A stretch of DNA of 64,000 nucleotides from Methanothrix sp. (GTDB taxonomy: Archaea > Halobacteriota > Methanosarcinia > Methanotrichales > Methanotrichaceae): assembly GCA_963682135.1 (NCBI GenBank), contig OY821645.1:384001-448000 (forward strand). Reading direction: 5' to 3'. The notes beneath the pieces are model-generated. The model worked only from the letters and a program-made list of their open reading frames with translations, was not told the origin of the DNA and ran no database searches. Both the position numbers and the translations under genes were made by a program. This document shows, piece after piece, positions 60,914-64,000 of this stretch; the stretch's first letter is position 1; the number at the start of each line of letters is the position of its first letter.

Positions 60914-61495
60914 ATGATCTCCAAAGTCTACATCTCCCACAGTCCTGCGAATGAGGATATGGCCTTGCAGCTCTCTCGCGCTCTCTGGCGGGTGGGCCTG
61001 GAAAGCTGCGTCGCTCTCTACAATCAGTCTCCAGCCATCTCTCGTGCGGAACGCGCCTCTTTTGGACTTCGCAACTCTGAGTGTCTGGTGGCCCTTCTCA
61101 CCCTTGATGGCTCTGCTTCTCCTGATGTCTGCCAGGAGATCGGCTTCGCCCGCGGCCTGGATCTGCTCATCATCCCCCTTCAGGAGGAGAGCGCAAATCT
61201 TCCCTTCCTCATCGAGCATCTGCGGCCCCTGGTCTTCCGGGAAGAGAGATATGCTGATGCCATCGGCCTGCTCATCAAGACCCTGCGAGAGCTCTCCCGG
61301 CTGGAGTGGCTAAAGGTCGCCTGTCCCAAATGCGGGGAGGAGATGACCCAGTACCTCACACCCCAGGAAGAGGTGGAGGACGCTCTGGTGAAGGGCTCAT
61401 TCCTGGAGACGATCTGCAGCTACTGCCAGAATGAGATCCAGCTGGATGCGAGGACTTTTGAGCCGAGGATATCATCAACCAGGCACTGCCTATGA
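60914..61495 (+). CDS. TIR-domain protein with C-terminal Zn ribbon
   Basis: KVYISHS, SPDVCQEIGFA and IIPL (TIR); CPKC...CSYC. Confidence 0.78.
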   Translation: MISKVYISHSPANEDMALQLSRALWRVGLESCVALYNQSPAISRAERASFGLRNSECLVALLTLDGSASPDVCQEIGFARGLDLLIIPLQEESANLPFLIEHLRPLVFREERYADAIGLLIKTLRELSRLEWLKVACPKCGEEMTQYLTPQEEVEDALVKGSFLETICSYCQNEIQLDARTFEPRISSTRHCL

Positions 61496-61536
61496 GAACC
61501 AAAGCTGTTAAATATATTTGATAGTAGTATCAAAAT

Positions 61537-62351
61537 ATGAGCCTGACGAAGTTTGTTTCCCGACAAGCCTTTCGCGTCGCCTTCGACGCCGTCTTCGATA
61601 ACCTGCGTTTCTTTCTGCCATTGATGACAGGATTTGCCATATTTTCCGCCATTATGTATTTCGTCGTTTTTTCCACAACTGGATCGACACTATTGTCAGA
61701 GATAACGTCAATAATAATAAATTCGGTTATCTCTCTTGCCCTATTCAAGATCGGATTGGGCTTTTTAGACAGCCATCAATTGAGCAGGACGAGTCTCTTC
61801 GATTCCGGCGAATTTCTCTTAAAATATATTGCTGCATCATTATTATTTGGGGTTATGGTCTATGTCGGGTTTATGCTTCTGATTGTTCCGGGTGTTTACG
61901 TTCTTCTCACCTACAGCTTCTATGGCCTGGAAATGGTCGATAAAAATCTCGGTCCAATCGAGGCTCTGAAGCGATCTGCTGAGATTACCAGTGGCGCAAA
62001 ATGGAGCCTGCTCAACCTGGGCCTTGAATTCTAGGCGGGCTTATTGCCATCAATGTCCTTTTGTTGGTCCTGGTTCTTTTTCCGTTCGTGTCTTTGGTTG
62101 TCATAGCTGTATTTTTGCAGGCAATGCATTTGACCGTTTATTCCTTCATAATGTCGCCCTTCATGAGCGCAATCCCCTTTGTTGTCTTTCTCATGATGGC
62201 ATTGTTAGATGCGATAATTGTGATTCCCGGCTACGCGCTGACCTTCACATCGATTTATAGGTTTTTAGAACCGAGACGAGATGAGGCTGGTAAAGCAGCC
62301 CTTATCGATATGCAGGGCGGCGACGTGGAAAGGGCCCAGACAGAGATATGA
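61537..62351 (+). pseudogene. Membrane protein gene apparently split by a frameshift
   Basis: ORFs 61537-62034 and 62061-62351 are consecutive halves (GPIEALKRSAEIT.G.KW.L then TM helices) in different frames. Confidence 0.55.
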
Positions 62352-62502
62352 AGGACAAACCATTCTTGCGGCCAAGAGGGCGCAAGCGAGATTGCTATCC
62401 TGCAGGAAATGGGCATCTTCTGAGACAAATAAACTCCTAATCTATTTTATCGAAACCTTTACCTACCCTTGCGTCCACCCCACAGTTATCAGGTGACCCC
62501 TA

Positions 62503-64000
62503 TTGCAGTTACTCTTAATCCACTCTGATTTCATTGAATTCGAGGCCAAGAAGCCTACGAAGATGGCGGAAGAAATCGTTGACTCAGCCAAGAAAGGCAG
62601 GCTGGAAGAGGCCCTCTGCGCCTTCATAGCCGTGGAGAAGTTCGATGAGGATGATCCCGATGCAGTCATAGCAGAAGGCGTAAAGCAAATCACGGACGTG
62701 GCCGGCCAGGTGAAGGCCGCAAGGATAATGCTCTACCCCTACGCGCATCTCAGCGCTCAGCTGTCCACTCCCGCGACGGCGGTAAGGATTCTCAAAGGCA
62801 TGCAAGAGACGCTCTCTCCAGACTACGAGGTCATGCGCGCTCCCTTCGGCTGGTACAAGGCCTTTACCATCAGCTGCAAGGGCCATCCCCTCTCCGAGCT
62901 GTCGCGTTCCATCAAACTCGGCGAAGGCGAGGTGGTCTCCGAGGCCCTCAAGTCCGAAGCCAAGGCTGTATCCTACTGGAAGGTCCTCGACCTGGACGGC
63001 AACCTGATTGATGCCGATAAGTTCGACTTCACGGGACATGAGAACCTGCAGAAGTTCGCCAACTACGAGATCTCCAAAGCCAGAGCCGTTGACCGGGTTC
63101 CCCCGCACGTGGAACTGATGAGGCGCTTGGAGCTGGTCGACTACGAGCCAGGCTCCGATCCAGGCAACATGCGCTATTATCCCAAGGGCAGGCTAATTAA
63201 ATCGCTGCTGGAGAACTATGTACTGGACAAGGCTTCGGATATGGGAGCTATGGAGGTGGAGACGCCCATTATGTACGACATGGAGCATCCCACCCTCAAG
63301 AAATACCTGGACAGATTCCCGGCCCGGCAGTATCAGATCGATTCCGACAAGAAGAAGCTCTTCCTGAGATTCGCGGCCTGCTTCGGCCAGTTTCTCATGG
63401 GCCATGACATGTCCATCTCCTACAAGGCCATGCCCCTCAAAATGTTCGAGATCACCCGCTACTCCTTCCGTCGCGAGCAGCGCGGTGAACTGGTGGGCAT
63501 CCGCCGCCTGAGAGCTTTTACCATGCCTGATATGCACACTCTGGCCCGCGATATGAAATCCGCCATGGAGGAATTCAGAAAGCAGTACCTGGCCAGCATC
63601 TCCGTCCTGAGCGAGGTGGGCGTCGATCTGGCCGACTACGAGGTGGCCATCCGTTTCACCAAGGACTTCTACAATGAGAACCGTGAGTTTATCGAGGGCC
63701 TGGTAGACATCGTCCATAAGCCCGTTCTCATCGAGATGTGGGATGAGAGGTTCTTTTACTTCGTGCTCAAGTTCGAGTTCAACTTTGTAGATACCATGGA
63801 CAAGGCCAGTGCTCTGTCCACAGTGCAAATCGATGTGGAGAACGCAGAACGCTACGACATCACCTACATCGATGAGGCCGGAGAGAAACAGCAGCCCATT
63901 CTGCTGCACTGCTCCCCATCCGGAGCCATAGAGCGGGTCATGTATGCCCTTTTAGAGAAAGCTGCCCGTCTGTCCGAGGAGGGAAAGCTTCCCATTCTGC
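62503..64000 (+). CDS. thrS: Threonyl-tRNA synthetase, archaeal type (3'-truncated)
   Basis: TTG start after AGGTGA: [55 protein letters not shown] and [11 protein letters not shown]. Absent from the track because it has no stop in the window. Confidence 0.96.
   Translation, partial: MQLLLIHSDFIEFEAKKPTKMAEEIVDSAKKGRLEEALCAFIAVEKFDEDDPDAVIAEGVKQITDVAGQVKAARIMLYPYAHLSAQLSTPATAVRILKGMQETLSPDYEVMRAPFGWYKAFTISCKGHPLSELSRSIKLGEGEVVSEALKSEAKAVSYWKVLDLDGNLIDADKFDFTGHENLQKFANYEISKARAVDRVPPHVELMRRLELVDYEPGSDPGNMRYYPKGRLIKSLLENYVLDKASDMGAMEVETPIMYDMEHPTLKKYLDRFPARQYQIDSDKKKLFLRFAACFGQFLMGHDMSISYKAMPLKMFEITRYSFRREQRGELVGIRRLRAFTMPDMHTLARDMKSAMEEFRKQYLASISVLSEVGVDLADYEVAIRFTKDFYNENREFIEGLVDIVHKPVLIEMWDERFFYFVLKFEFNFVDTMDKASALSTVQIDVENAERYDITYIDEAGEKQQPILLHCSPSGAIERVMYALLEKAARLSEEGKLPIL

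Noticed and set aside
62584-63909. Minus-strand ORFs near the window end
   Set aside because: Antisense to thrS, which occupies the + strand.
1-64000. CRISPR arrays, tRNA/rRNA genes, reverse transcriptase or integrase
   Set aside because: None recognised by eye; tRNAscan/Infernal would be needed to exclude small RNAs.

Overview
Archaeal chromosomal window, most consistent with an acetoclastic methanogen of the Methanothrix/Methanosaeta type. This is inferred from three tandem AMP-forming acetyl-CoA synthetases, an hdrA-mvhD/polyferredoxin/hdrC/hdrB operon, cofC/cofE, cfbB/cfbC, a DUF1608-type S-layer protein, gatD, aIF2beta and archaeal thrS. Housekeeping blocks are interleaved with accessory DNA. 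The main accessory element is an AT-rich two-gene island (about 30.6-36.9 kb): a metallophosphoesterase fused to an FxsC-like C-terminal region, closely followed by a KGGVGR ParA-like ATPase/degenerate NACHT winged-helix/TPR giant protein. It is the best candidate here for an undescribed conflict or defence system. Other items of note are an IS200 with a miniature derivative, an IS630, an IS1634 remnant abutting a tnpB remnant, a 422-bp IS1634-type MITE with target-site duplication, a bacterial-type Hfq, a degenerate HisB paralogue, a cobT-dehydrogenase-trpD operon and structured 5' leaders on the acs paralogues. No rRNA, tRNA or CRISPR array was recognised. All family assignments come from motif recognition, not database searches.
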